Part shown: positions 31,489-40,346 of the stretch, in pieces
How the letters are laid out: each line of letters begins with the position of its first letter
Numbering within the stretch: position 1 is the stretch's first letter
Source: Candidatus Limnocylindria bacterium
GTDB taxonomy: Bacteria > Chloroflexota > Limnocylindria > QHBO01
Direction of reading: 5' to 3'
DNA length: 46,654 bases
NCBI GenBank assembly: GCA_046717345.1
Contig: JBKJVN010000093.1
Location: 1-46,654, forward strand
The notes under the pieces: generated by a model
What the model was told of the DNA's origin: nothing
The model's database searches: none
The model's input: the letters and a program-made list of their open reading frames with translations, nothing else
Translations under genes and position numbers: made by a program

Positions 31489-32456
31489 GGTGGCAGCGTC
31501 TGTTCGAGCCCACCCGTCCGGTCGACCGGCGCCGCCGTGGGCCGACCAGCCAGGCGGCGACCAGCGCGACCCCCAGCCGCACGAAGAGCCGGACGATGGG
31601 GCACAAGAACCCTGGGCGCGGGCGGCCGGATCGCGGAGCCCGGACCCCGAAGTCCGTCCCGGCTCCGCGGCGGCGGCGACGCCGCATCAACTGGACCCGG
31701 ATCACCGCGCTGGCGCTGTCCCTGACCATGGTCGCGACCCTGGCGTGGCTGGCCGGCGGTCCGTTGCTCCGCGTTCGGTCGGTCAGCTACCACGGCGCCG
31801 GGTGGACATCGGACAGCGACCTGGACGCGCTGATGGCCCCCGTCATCGGTCGCAGCGCCCTGATGGTCGACGCGGCCGGCCTGGCCCTCGATCTGAGCGC
31901 GCTCCCCGGGGTCCAAGGGGCGAGCGTCGAAGTCGGCGTGCTGGGGTCGGCCCAGGTGACATTGGTCGAGGGCGGCGCCGTGGCGCTGTGGCGGACGAGC
32001 GCGGCGCAGCTCCTGCTGGCCGAGGACGGCACCGTGGTCGGCGTCCAGTCCCGGGAGGCGGTCCCCCGGGGCAGCCTCGTCGGCCTGCCCGTCATCGACG
32101 ACCTGCGGGACGCCTCGCATGACCTCACGGTCGGTGACGAGCTGCCTTCCGGCGAGCTGGACGCGGCGCTGGCCCTGGCGGCGCTGACCGGTAGCCGCCT
32201 TGGTTCTCAGACCGCAGTCCTGACCCTGGCACTGGATCCGACCTACGGGTTCGTCCTGTCGTCGCCTCAGGCCGGCTGGCGGGCAGCGTTCGGCTACTAC
32301 GGGCTCGATCCGCTCGAGACGCCTGACCGCATGGCCGCCCGGATCGCGTCCCAGGCCAGCGCCGTCCGGACCCTGTTCGCGGCGCACCCCGAGGCCGGCG
32401 TGGCGTGGGTCGATGCCCGCAACCCGGGAAAGGTATATTTCCGTGCCCGGGGCTGA
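31485..32456 (+). CDS. ftsQ: FtsQ/DivIB-family division protein
   Basis: Basic tail, TM, POTRA-like region, C-terminal WVDAR; position between ddl and ftsA. Confidence 0.75.
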   Translation: MRWQRLFEPTRPVDRRRRGPTSQAATSATPSRTKSRTMGHKNPGRGRPDRGARTPKSVPAPRRRRRRINWTRITALALSLTMVATLAWLAGGPLLRVRSVSYHGAGWTSDSDLDALMAPVIGRSALMVDAAGLALDLSALPGVQGASVEVGVLGSAQVTLVEGGAVALWRTSAAQLLLAEDGTVVGVQSREAVPRGSLVGLPVIDDLRDASHDLTVGDELPSGELDAALALAALTGSRLGSQTAVLTLALDPTYGFVLSSPQAGWRAAFGYYGLDPLETPDRMAARIASQASAVRTLFAAHPEAGVAWVDARNPGKVYFRARG

Positions 32457-32520
32457 GACTGCCGGCCGGACGGCGGCGGCACCCGAGCCCCGTCCAAGTA
32501 TGGGGTCCTTGAACGTCCGG

Positions 32521-32844
32521 ATGTGGCTCCCCCTGATCGGGCTCGGGCTCGGCATTCTGCTCGGACTCACCCTCAACGTGAGCGTCAGCCCGGAACTGGC
32601 CCGCTACAGCGCCGTCGCCATCCTGGCCGGGCTGGACTCGATCCTGGGCGCGGTGCGCGCGGAGCTGGATGGCCAGTACGACAACCGGATCTTCCTGAGC
32701 GGGTTCGTGGCCAACACGGCCGTCGCGGTGGTGCTGACCTTCGTCGGTGATCGGCTCGGGATCGACCTGTACCTCGTGGCCCTGATCGCCTTCGGCCTCC
32801 GCATCTTCCAGAACGTGGCGCTCATTCGGCGCCACTTCCTGTAA
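32521..32844 (+). CDS. sbp: Small basic protein (Sbp/DUF1290 family)
   Basis: MWLP..GL, ARY..VAILA.LDS, F.SGF..N, GDRLG.DLY, FG.RIFQN.A.IRR. Confidence 0.88.
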   Translation: MWLPLIGLGLGILLGLTLNVSVSPELARYSAVAILAGLDSILGAVRAELDGQYDNRIFLSGFVANTAVAVVLTFVGDRLGIDLYLVALIAFGLRIFQNVALIRRHFL

Positions 32845-32872
32845 GGTCGGCCGGCGTCCGAGCGGAGATTTC

Positions 32873-34111
32873 GTGGACAGAGAGACCGTCCTGGTCGGCA
32901 TCGACCCTGGCAGCACCAAGGTGACAACCCTCATTGGCGAGGTCACCCCGGCCGGCGACGTGAACGTCGTTGGCTATGGGATCGCCCCCTCGATTGGCAT
33001 CAAGAAGGGGATGGTCGCCAATATCGAGCAGACGGTGCAGTCCATTGCCACATCGGTCGAGAAGGCCGAGCGGCTGTCGGGCTACAAGATCGGTTCGGCC
33101 TTCGTGGGGGTCGGGGGTGGCCATATCTCGTCCCAGAACAGCCGGGGCGTGGTGGCGGTCAGCGGACATCGGCGCGAGGTCAGCAAGGAGGACGTCGCCC
33201 GGGCCACCGAGGCCGCCCGCGCGGTTCAGGTCCCGTCCAACCGGGAGATCCTGCATGTCATCCCGCGCGGCTACATCGTGGACGGACAGGAGGGCATCAA
33301 GGACCCGCTTGGGATGAGCGCGGTCCGGCTGGAGGTCGAGACCCACATCGTGGCCGGGGCCAGCACCTCGTTGCAGAACCTCACCAAGTGCGTGAGCTCG
33401 GCCGGGGTCCAGATTGACGAGCTGGTGATCGCCTCGTTGGCCGCCGCCGAGGCGACGCTGAGCGACACCGAGAAGGAGCTGGGGGTCATCATCGCCGACG
33501 TCGGCGGCGGGACGACCGACATGGCCGTTTTCGTGGACGGGGCCGTCCACCATTCGGCGGTGATCCCGGTGGGCGGGATCCATGTCACCAACGACGTGGC
33601 GATCGGGCTGCGAACCAGTCTCAACCTGGCCGAGGACGTGAAGATCCGGCATGGCACCTCGAACGTGGCCGAGGTTCAGCCCGAGGAACTGATCAACGTT
33701 GCGGTGATGGGCGACGGCGGGGGACAGACCCTCCAGCGTCGCAAGCTGAGCGAGATCATCGAGGCCCGCATGCGGGAGCTGTACGAGCTCATCCGGGAGG
33801 AGGTCGCACGGTCGGGACATGGCACCCCGCTTCCGGCGGGCCTGGTCCTGACTGGCGGCGGCGCGCGGCTGGCCGGCGTGGCCGAGCTGGCGCGCGACGT
33901 GCTCGAGATGCCGGTCCGGGTCGCGACCCCGCAGGGCGTGGGCGGCCTGATGGATCAGCTCGCGAACCCGGCCTTTTCGACCTCGCTGGGACTCTTGCTG
34001 TGGGGCGCCCGCAACGTGGGTGCCGAGCCGATCGGCTACACCACTCGCACGCCGATGAGCGCCGGTTTGAGCCGCGCCGGGACCTGGATCCGGAACCTGT
34101 TCCCCGGCTGA
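32873..34111 (+). CDS. ftsA: Cell division protein FtsA
   Basis: GID.GSTK, GIKKG, DVGGGTTD, IIEAR, VLTGGG. Confidence 0.96.
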   Translation: MDRETVLVGIDPGSTKVTTLIGEVTPAGDVNVVGYGIAPSIGIKKGMVANIEQTVQSIATSVEKAERLSGYKIGSAFVGVGGGHISSQNSRGVVAVSGHRREVSKEDVARATEAARAVQVPSNREILHVIPRGYIVDGQEGIKDPLGMSAVRLEVETHIVAGASTSLQNLTKCVSSAGVQIDELVIASLAAAEATLSDTEKELGVIIADVGGGTTDMAVFVDGAVHHSAVIPVGGIHVTNDVAIGLRTSLNLAEDVKIRHGTSNVAEVQPEELINVAVMGDGGGQTLQRRKLSEIIEARMRELYELIREEVARSGHGTPLPAGLVLTGGGARLAGVAELARDVLEMPVRVATPQGVGGLMDQLANPAFSTSLGLLLWGARNVGAEPIGYTTRTPMSAGLSRAGTWIRNLFPG

Positions 34112-34169
34112 GCCCTTCCGTGTTGCGGCACGGCGATGTGGAGGGCGGAGGGCGTCATCCACTGCCCAA

Positions 34170-34207
34170 CGCGAGGTTGTGGACAACTCGCCGCGAGGTT
34201 GTGGACA
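34170..34207. repeat. Two 16-bp direct repeats (CGCGAGGTTGTGGACA) with DnaA-box-like cores upstream of ftsZ
   Basis: Copies at 34170 and 34192 (22-bp period); minus strand reads TTGTCCACA and CTGTCCACA; TAGAAT -10 at 34238-34243. Confidence 0.75.
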
Positions 34208-34318
34208 GATCGACTCTCCCTCGCATGGGACGGTCGGTAGAATCGGCCCAGGCCCGTTAACTCTGGGTTCGGACCCTTCCCGTGCCCGGCCATACCGCCT
34301 GCACCCAGGAGGATTCGC

Positions 34319-35575
34319 ATGCCGCTCAGGTCCGACGCAGAGAACTTCGCCCTGATCAAGGTCATCGGCATCGGTGGCGGAGGCAGCAACGCCGTCAACC
34401 GCATGATCCGCGCCGAGATGATGGGCGTCGAGTTCATCGCCGTGAACACCGATGCCCAGGCGCTGCTCCAGAGCGACGCGCCGCACAAGATCCGGATCGG
34501 CGACAAGATCACCCGCGGCCTGGGGGCCGGCGCAGACCCGGCCATCGGCCAGCGCGCGGCGGAAGAGGACTCGGAGAAGATCTACGAGGCGCTCAAAGAC
34601 GCCGACATGATCTTCATCACCGCCGGCATGGGCGGGGGCACGGGCTCGGGCGCCGCGCCGGTGGTGGCCGAGATCGCCAAGGACCTCGGCGCGCTCACCG
34701 TGGCGGTCGTGACCAAGCCGTTCAGCTTCGAGGGCGTGCGCCGCAAGCTGGTGGCCGAGCAGTTCACCGAGGCCCTCAAGGACAAGGTCGACACCCTGAT
34801 CACGATCCCCAACGACCGGCTGCGCGAGGTCGTGGACAAGAAGACCTCGATCCTCGACGCGTTCCGGGTGGTGGACGACGTCCTGCGCCAGGGCGTGCAG
34901 GGCATCAGCGACCTGATCATGGTGCCGGGCCTCATCAACCTCGACTTCGCCGACGTGAAGACGATCATGCGTGAGGCGGGGAGCAGCATGATGGGGATCG
35001 GCGTCGGAAGCGGCGAGAACCGCGCCGTGGAGGCGGCTCGGGCGGCGGTCATGAGCCCGCTGCTGGAGATCAACATCCAGGGCGCCCGCGGCATCCTGTT
35101 CAACGTCACCGGCGGCAGCGACCTCGGCCTGTTCGAGGTCAACGAGGCGGCCGAGGTGATCAAGGAGGCCGCCGATCCGGAGGCCAACATCATCTTCGGC
35201 ACGGTCATCGACGACCGGATGCGGGACGAGGTCAAGGTGACGGTCATCGCCACCGGCTTCGATGGGACCCGCAAGCCGAAGCCCGGCCCGCGAGCCGCGG
35301 TCAGTGAGACGGCCGTCGGTCTTGAATCGTCACTCGACGAGAAGAGCCGCGAGCTGCTGGCCGAGATCGAGCGCGAACGGGCCGAGCGATCGCCATTCGC
35401 GGTGACGCCGGCGTCCGATCCGCTGCCCGTCGGGCCCGAGCCGGCGGAGGTCATCCGGTCGCGTGACCGTGAGCCGGTCCCGTCGCGTCGGACGTCACTC
35501 GAACGACCCGCGTACGGCGACACCGACCTCGACATCCCGAGCTTCCTGCGCCAGCCGAACCGCGAACGCGAGTAA
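34319..35575 (+). CDS. ftsZ: Cell division protein FtsZ
   Basis: [25 protein letters not shown]-terminal LDIPSFLR; AGGAGG RBS. Confidence 0.98.
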   Translation: MPLRSDAENFALIKVIGIGGGGSNAVNRMIRAEMMGVEFIAVNTDAQALLQSDAPHKIRIGDKITRGLGAGADPAIGQRAAEEDSEKIYEALKDADMIFITAGMGGGTGSGAAPVVAEIAKDLGALTVAVVTKPFSFEGVRRKLVAEQFTEALKDKVDTLITIPNDRLREVVDKKTSILDAFRVVDDVLRQGVQGISDLIMVPGLINLDFADVKTIMREAGSSMMGIGVGSGENRAVEAARAAVMSPLLEINIQGARGILFNVTGGSDLGLFEVNEAAEVIKEAADPEANIIFGTVIDDRMRDEVKVTVIATGFDGTRKPKPGPRAAVSETAVGLESSLDEKSRELLAEIERERAERSPFAVTPASDPLPVGPEPAEVIRSRDREPVPSRRTSLERPAYGDTDLDIPSFLRQPNRERE

Positions 35576-35596
35576 GGCGGCTCGGCATGGACCGAT

Positions 35597-35620
35597 GAGC
35601 CCCGGCTGCGGCCGGGGCTC
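35597..35620 (+). terminator. GC-rich hairpin after ftsZ (possible terminator or stability element)
   Basis: GAGCCCCGG/CCGGGGCTC stem; weak U tract. Confidence 0.5.
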
Positions 35621-35635
35621 GTTGCGTACCGGGAC

Positions 35636-36367
35636 ATGACCGATACCGATCCTCTGGTCGCCGCCATCGCCGAGCGCTGGGCCCGCGTTCAGGCCCGAAT
35701 CGATGCCGCCGCCGCGGCCGCGGGCCGCGATCCAGCCCGCGTTCGGGTGGTGGCGGTCAGCAAGGGCTTCGGGATCGACGTCGTCCGCGCCGCGCGCCGT
35801 GCCGGACTGGAGCGGTTTGGGGAGAACCGAGTCCAGGAAGCCGAGGCCAAGGTCGTCTCAGTGCCAGACGTGGAGTGGCATCTCGTCGGGCACCTGCAGT
35901 CGAACAAGGCGCGCCGGGCGGTGGTCATGTTCCCGTGGCTCGGGGCCATCGACTCGGTGGCCCTGCTGGAACGCGTCGACGCCCTCGCCGACGAGCTCGG
36001 CCTGCGGCCGCGGGTCCTGCTCCAGGTCAACCTGACCGGATCGGCGTCCCAGCACGGTTTCGGGTTGAGCACGCTGGGATCCGGCGGCAGCGACCGCACC
36101 GACCTCGCCCGGTCGCTGGCCTCCATCCGTGCCGCGCGAGTTGAGGGCCTGATGGGGATCGGTCCTCTGACGAGCCGGGCCGACGCCTCTCGTGCGGCCT
36201 TCGCGCGGCTCCGCCAGCTCCGCGATGAGCTGGAGCACGAGACGGGCCAACCGCTGCCCGAGCTCTCGATGGGCATGAGTGCCGACCTTGAGTCCGCGGT
36301 GGCGGAGGAAGCGACCCTGATCCGGGTCGGGACAGCGCTGTTCGGAGAGCGGCCGATCACCGACTAA
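35636..36367 (+). CDS. yggS: PLP homeostasis protein (YggS family)
   Basis: VAVSK, FGENRVQE, WH.VGHLQSNK, LSMGMS.D, RVGTALFG. Confidence 0.93.
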   Translation: MTDTDPLVAAIAERWARVQARIDAAAAAAGRDPARVRVVAVSKGFGIDVVRAARRAGLERFGENRVQEAEAKVVSVPDVEWHLVGHLQSNKARRAVVMFPWLGAIDSVALLERVDALADELGLRPRVLLQVNLTGSASQHGFGLSTLGSGGSDRTDLARSLASIRAARVEGLMGIGPLTSRADASRAAFARLRQLRDELEHETGQPLPELSMGMSADLESAVAEEATLIRVGTALFGERPITD

Positions 36368-36409
36368 CCGCAACTCCGGGCGCGTTCAGGGCGCTGCTAT
36401 TGTGGCCCG

Positions 36410-36661
36410 GTGGCAGTGGTCCTCATCACCTTCATCAAGCTGCTCAGCACTCTGCTCTGGGTGCTGATCCTGGCCCGGGTCCTCATCAGCTGGACCAATC
36501 CGCGGGGCGGCGGCCCGGTGACGGCGTTCGTCTACCAGTTCACGGAGCCGATCCTGGCGCCGATCCGCCGTTTGATCCCACCGACATCGGGGATCGACTG
36601 GTCGCCGCTGATCGCGATGTTGATCCTGTCCGTCGTCTCGCGCGTCGTCTACTCCCTCTGA
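36410..36661 (+). CDS. yggT: YggT/YlmG membrane protein
   Basis: R.L.SW, TEPIL.PIRR.IP..GIDWSP. Confidence 0.92.
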   Translation: MAVVLITFIKLLSTLLWVLILARVLISWTNPRGGGPVTAFVYQFTEPILAPIRRLIPPTSGIDWSPLIAMLILSVVSRVVYSL

Positions 36662-36713
36662 GACGCGCGTTTGGGAGCCGATCAGGGCGTCGCTATACTG
36701 GCCGTCCCCCGAT

Positions 36714-36790
36714 GGGCGATTAGCTCAGCTGGTTAGAGTGCACGGTTCACATCCGTGAGGTCACTGGTTCGAATCCAGTATCGCCCACCA
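36714..36790 (+). tRNA. tRNA-Val (CAC)
   Basis: Cloverleaf with TT-CAC-AT loop, GGTTCGAATCC, CCA end; TATACT at 36694-36699. Confidence 0.96.
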
Positions 36791-36860
36791 CCCCAACGCT
36801 GAGCCGCTGAGACTCGACCTATGCGGTCACTCCTCGCTCGTCTGCGCCGGGATCCCTGAG

Positions 36861-38057
36861 ATGCGGGTCGCCATCTTCGGTGAGTCCTACCTGCCCCATC
36901 TGTCCGGGGTGACGGTCTCGACCGAGACGCTGGCCCGAGGCCTGGGCGCCCTGGGCCACCAGGTCCTGCTGGTCGTGCCGGATCCGGGGTCAGGATCCGA
37001 TCCGGGGACCGCGGGCGCGCCCGGGCCCGACCCCGAGACCGCATGGCTGCCGTCCTACCACCTGCCCCCGGCCCCGCCGGGCTACCGGATGCCGGTGCCG
37101 CTGCCCTCCGCCGCGCTGCGACGGGCGGTGGCGTTCGCGCCCGACGTCGTCCACGCCAACTCGCCGTTCACCTCGGGGATCATGGCCCGCGCGGTGGCCC
37201 GGCGTGCCGGCGCCCCGCTGGTGTTCACGCATCACACCCGCTTCGCCGACTACGGCCACTACCTGGGGCCCCTGGCCGGCGTCTCGAGCCGGGTGACCGA
37301 TGCCTGGCTGGAGGCCTGGTGGGCCGGCTGTGCGGCGGTCGTGGCTCCGTCGGAAGATCTGGCTGTCGAGATCCGCGCCGCGCTCGGGTCTCGTCGACGC
37401 CCGCTGGTGCGGATGATCCCCACCGGCGTCGACGTGGCGGGCATCGCGGCATTGCCGGAGGGCCATCCGCGCCGGCTGGCCGGGTGGCCCCACGACAGCA
37501 TCGTCCTGGTCAGCCTGGGGCGCGTGGCGCGGGAGAAGAGTCCCGAGGTGCTGGTCGACGCGTTTGTCCGAGCCGCCCGCCGGCGGCCGAGGCTCCGGTT
37601 GCTGTTCGTCGGCGGGGGACCCGCCGAGGACGCGGTGCGGGCCCGCGCGGCCGAGGCAGTGGTGTTAGGGCGGGTCCACGTCACAGGCCGGCTGCCGCGG
37701 GACGAGGCGCTGGCCCTGGTGAAGGCCAGCGACCTGTTCGTGTTTGCCTCGCAGACCGAGACCCAGGGCCTGGTCCTGGCCGAGGCTCTCGCGGCCGGTC
37801 TGCCGGTGGTGGCCGTCGCGGGACCGGGGCTCGCGTCGACCATCCGGCCCGGCATCGATGGCGAATTGGTGCCTGCCGAACCCGCCGCCACCCGCGCTGA
37901 GCGCCTGGGGGTCGTCGCCGGCGCCCTGGCCGGGGATCGGCGGCGACAAGAACGCATGGCCGCCCAGGCCCGAGAAGGCGCGGCACGCTTTGACGCTCGC
38001 ACCCGGGTGGCCGAGGTCGCCGGGCTCTATCTCGAGCTCCTGGCGGGCCGCCGATGA
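36861..38057 (+). CDS. GT4 glycosyltransferase, probably glycolipid (diacylglycerol glycosyl) synthase type
   Basis: ESYLP..SGV, HT, IPTGVD, GR...EK, SQTETQGLV..EA.A.G. Confidence 0.88.
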   Translation: MRVAIFGESYLPHLSGVTVSTETLARGLGALGHQVLLVVPDPGSGSDPGTAGAPGPDPETAWLPSYHLPPAPPGYRMPVPLPSAALRRAVAFAPDVVHANSPFTSGIMARAVARRAGAPLVFTHHTRFADYGHYLGPLAGVSSRVTDAWLEAWWAGCAAVVAPSEDLAVEIRAALGSRRRPLVRMIPTGVDVAGIAALPEGHPRRLAGWPHDSIVLVSLGRVAREKSPEVLVDAFVRAARRRPRLRLLFVGGGPAEDAVRARAAEAVVLGRVHVTGRLPRDEALALVKASDLFVFASQTETQGLVLAEALAAGLPVVAVAGPGLASTIRPGIDGELVPAEPAATRAERLGVVAGALAGDRRRQERMAAQAREGAARFDARTRVAEVAGLYLELLAGRR

Positions 38058-38099
38058 CCGGGCTTGCGGCCGGGGAGGCGCCGACTACAATGCCGTGAC

Positions 38100-38360
38100 A
38101 TGCGTGCCCGCCTGTTCGGCCTGCAAGCCGTCATCCAATTCGAACCCTCCCGGCCGGCAGCGCGCCGCGACCGATTCGGTCTGACCCGCGCGACCACTGT
38201 CTACCACCGCCCACTCCGCGACCGGCGGACGACCGCCACCGTGCACGCGCTGCGCTGCCAGACCAGCCGGTACCGCTTCCCGGATCTTGGCCGCCTGGCC
38301 GCTCATCGGGCTCGCCGGTCTCCGCTCCCGCTCGGCCTTCCCCGCGCGCACCGCGCCTAG
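38100..38360 (+). CDS. Small basic hypothetical protein (86 aa)
   Basis: TACAAT 8 nt before ATG; fills the gap and stops 8 nt before the Nudix start. Confidence 0.5.
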   Translation: MRARLFGLQAVIQFEPSRPAARRDRFGLTRATTVYHRPLRDRRTTATVHALRCQTSRYRFPDLGRLAAHRARRSPLPLGLPRAHRA

Positions 38361-38368
38361 CACCGCGC

Positions 38369-38827
38369 GTGGCCGTCAAGCGCAACGCGCGCGCCACCTC
38401 GGCTGGTGGCGTGGTCTATCGGCGCACGCCGGCCGGACCCGAGATCGTCCTGGCCCATCGCCGTTCCCCGGCCCTGTGGGCGCTGCCCAAGGGCACGCCG
38501 GCGCGCGGCGAGTCGCTCGAAGAGACGGCCCTGCGCGAGACGGCGGAGGAGTCCGGCCTGGCGGGGGAGATCGAGGAGCCGCTGGGCGCCATCAGCTACG
38601 TCTTTGTCCGTGGGTCGACCCGCTACTTCAAGACCGTCCACTTCTTTCTCATGCGCCCCATCGGCGGTGACCTCGCCGATCACGACCACGAGTTCGACGA
38701 CGTGCGCTGGGTCCCGTTGCCGGAGGCGCTGCGACTGATGAATTACCCGACCGAGCGGAGCGTGGTCGAGCTGGCCGAGCGGGCGCTGGCCGCAGCCCCG
38801 GAATCGACCGCCCAGCCCGCCCGATGA
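38369..38827 (+). CDS. Nudix hydrolase (Ap4A-hydrolase-like)
   Basis: SAGGVV, LPKG, Nudix box G.....GE..EETALRE..EESG. Confidence 0.9.
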   Translation: MAVKRNARATSAGGVVYRRTPAGPEIVLAHRRSPALWALPKGTPARGESLEETALRETAEESGLAGEIEEPLGAISYVFVRGSTRYFKTVHFFLMRPIGGDLADHDHEFDDVRWVPLPEALRLMNYPTERSVVELAERALAAAPESTAQPAR

Positions 38828-39966
38828 CCGCCGCCGATCTGCGGCGGACCCCGCTCGACGCGGCGCACCGAGCCCTGGGAGCCCGGATGGTTGCCTTCGC
38901 CGGCTATGAGATGCCGATCCGCTACACCTCCGAGCTCGAGGAGCACCGCACGGTCCGCTCGGCAGTCGGCCTGTTCGACCTGTCCCACATGGGCGAGATC
39001 GGGCTGACCGGGCCCGACGCGCTGGCATTCGCCCGCTTCGCGCTGGTCAATGACCCCGGGACGTTGGAGCCGGGTCAGGCCCAGTACTCCATGCTGTGCG
39101 CCCCCGATGGCGGCGTCATCGACGACGTGATCGTGTACCGCACCGACCCCGGCTACCTGGTGGTCTGCAACGCGGCCAACCGCGACGCCGTGGTGAGCCA
39201 TCTCGCGGCACTCCGCGCCGCCGCGGAGCTCGACGTCGGAGTGGAGGATCGGTCCGACCGGACCGCGCTGATCGCCCCCCAGGGCCCACGGGCCGCCGAG
39301 CTGCTGGCAGGCCTGACCGATGTCGACCTGGATACCATCGGGACGTATCGGTCCGCGCTCGGGCAGGTGGCGGACGTGCCGTGCCTGGTGGCCCGCACCG
39401 GCTACACCGGCGAGGACGGCTTCGAATTGTTCTGCGCGGCGCAGGACGCCCAACGGGTGTGGGAGGCCCTATTCCAGGCCGGTGGCCGCTTCGGCCTGCT
39501 GCCGTGCGGACTGGCCAGTCGAGACACGCTGCGCCTGGAGGCTGGCATGCCGCTGTACGGCAACGAGCTCGGTCGCGACGTGAACCCGTACGAAGCCAAC
39601 CTGGGCCGCGTGGTCAAGCTCGACAAGGGCGATTTCGTCGGCCGGGCGGCGCTGGCGGACATCCAGCGCCAGGGACCCCGCCGCCGCCTGGTGGGACTGG
39701 TCATGCAGGACGAGGGGATCGCTCGACACGGGTATCCGGTGGTCGACGCGGCGGGCACGCGCCCACCGACCGACATCGGGGTGGTCACCAGCGGCAGCAT
39801 CTCGCCCACCCTCGGCCAGCGCATCGCCATGGCGCTGATCCGCAGCGACGCGGCCGAGATCGGCGGTGGCGTGGCGGTGATGATCCGCGAGCGACCCTGC
39901 CGGGCCGAGCAGGTAAAGTTGCCGTTCTATCGACGCCCGCGCCCCACTGAGGAACGGACCACTTGA
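38824..39966 (+). CDS. gcvT: Glycine cleavage T protein
   Basis: F.GYEMP, FDLSHMGE, RTGYTGEDGFE, RDTLRLEAG.PLYG. Confidence 0.96.
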   Translation: MTAADLRRTPLDAAHRALGARMVAFAGYEMPIRYTSELEEHRTVRSAVGLFDLSHMGEIGLTGPDALAFARFALVNDPGTLEPGQAQYSMLCAPDGGVIDDVIVYRTDPGYLVVCNAANRDAVVSHLAALRAAAELDVGVEDRSDRTALIAPQGPRAAELLAGLTDVDLDTIGTYRSALGQVADVPCLVARTGYTGEDGFELFCAAQDAQRVWEALFQAGGRFGLLPCGLASRDTLRLEAGMPLYGNELGRDVNPYEANLGRVVKLDKGDFVGRAALADIQRQGPRRRLVGLVMQDEGIARHGYPVVDAAGTRPPTDIGVVTSGSISPTLGQRIAMALIRSDAAEIGGGVAVMIRERPCRAEQVKLPFYRRPRPTEERTT

Positions 39967-40346
39967 CGCTGCCCGACGACCGACGGTACTCGCGCGAGCA
40001 CGAGTGGATCCGGCTCGAAGATGGCGAAGGCGTGATCGGGCTGACCCGGTTCGCGGCCGATGAGCTGGGCGACATCGTCTACGTCGAGCTGCCGGCCGCG
40101 GGCGCGACCCTCACCCAGTTCGCGAGCTTCGGCGTGGTCGAGTCAGTCAAGGCGGTGAGTGACCTGTTCGCGCCGGCCAGCGGCGCGGTCGTCGCCGTCA
40201 ACGAGGAGCTTCGAACCCGACCCGAGCTGTTGAACAGCGACCCCCACGACGCGGGTTGGATCTGCCGGATCAAGGTCGCCGACCCAGCCGAGCTCGACGC
40301 CCTGCTGGAAGCGTCCGCCTACGCGGAGCTGGTCGGGAGCGAATGA
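39963..40346 (+). CDS. gcvH: Glycine cleavage H protein
   Basis: HEW, LGDIVYVELP, VESVKAVSD lipoyl Lys; TTG start. Confidence 0.95.
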   Translation: MTLPDDRRYSREHEWIRLEDGEGVIGLTRFAADELGDIVYVELPAAGATLTQFASFGVVESVKAVSDLFAPASGAVVAVNEELRTRPELLNSDPHDAGWICRIKVADPAELDALLEASAYAELVGSE

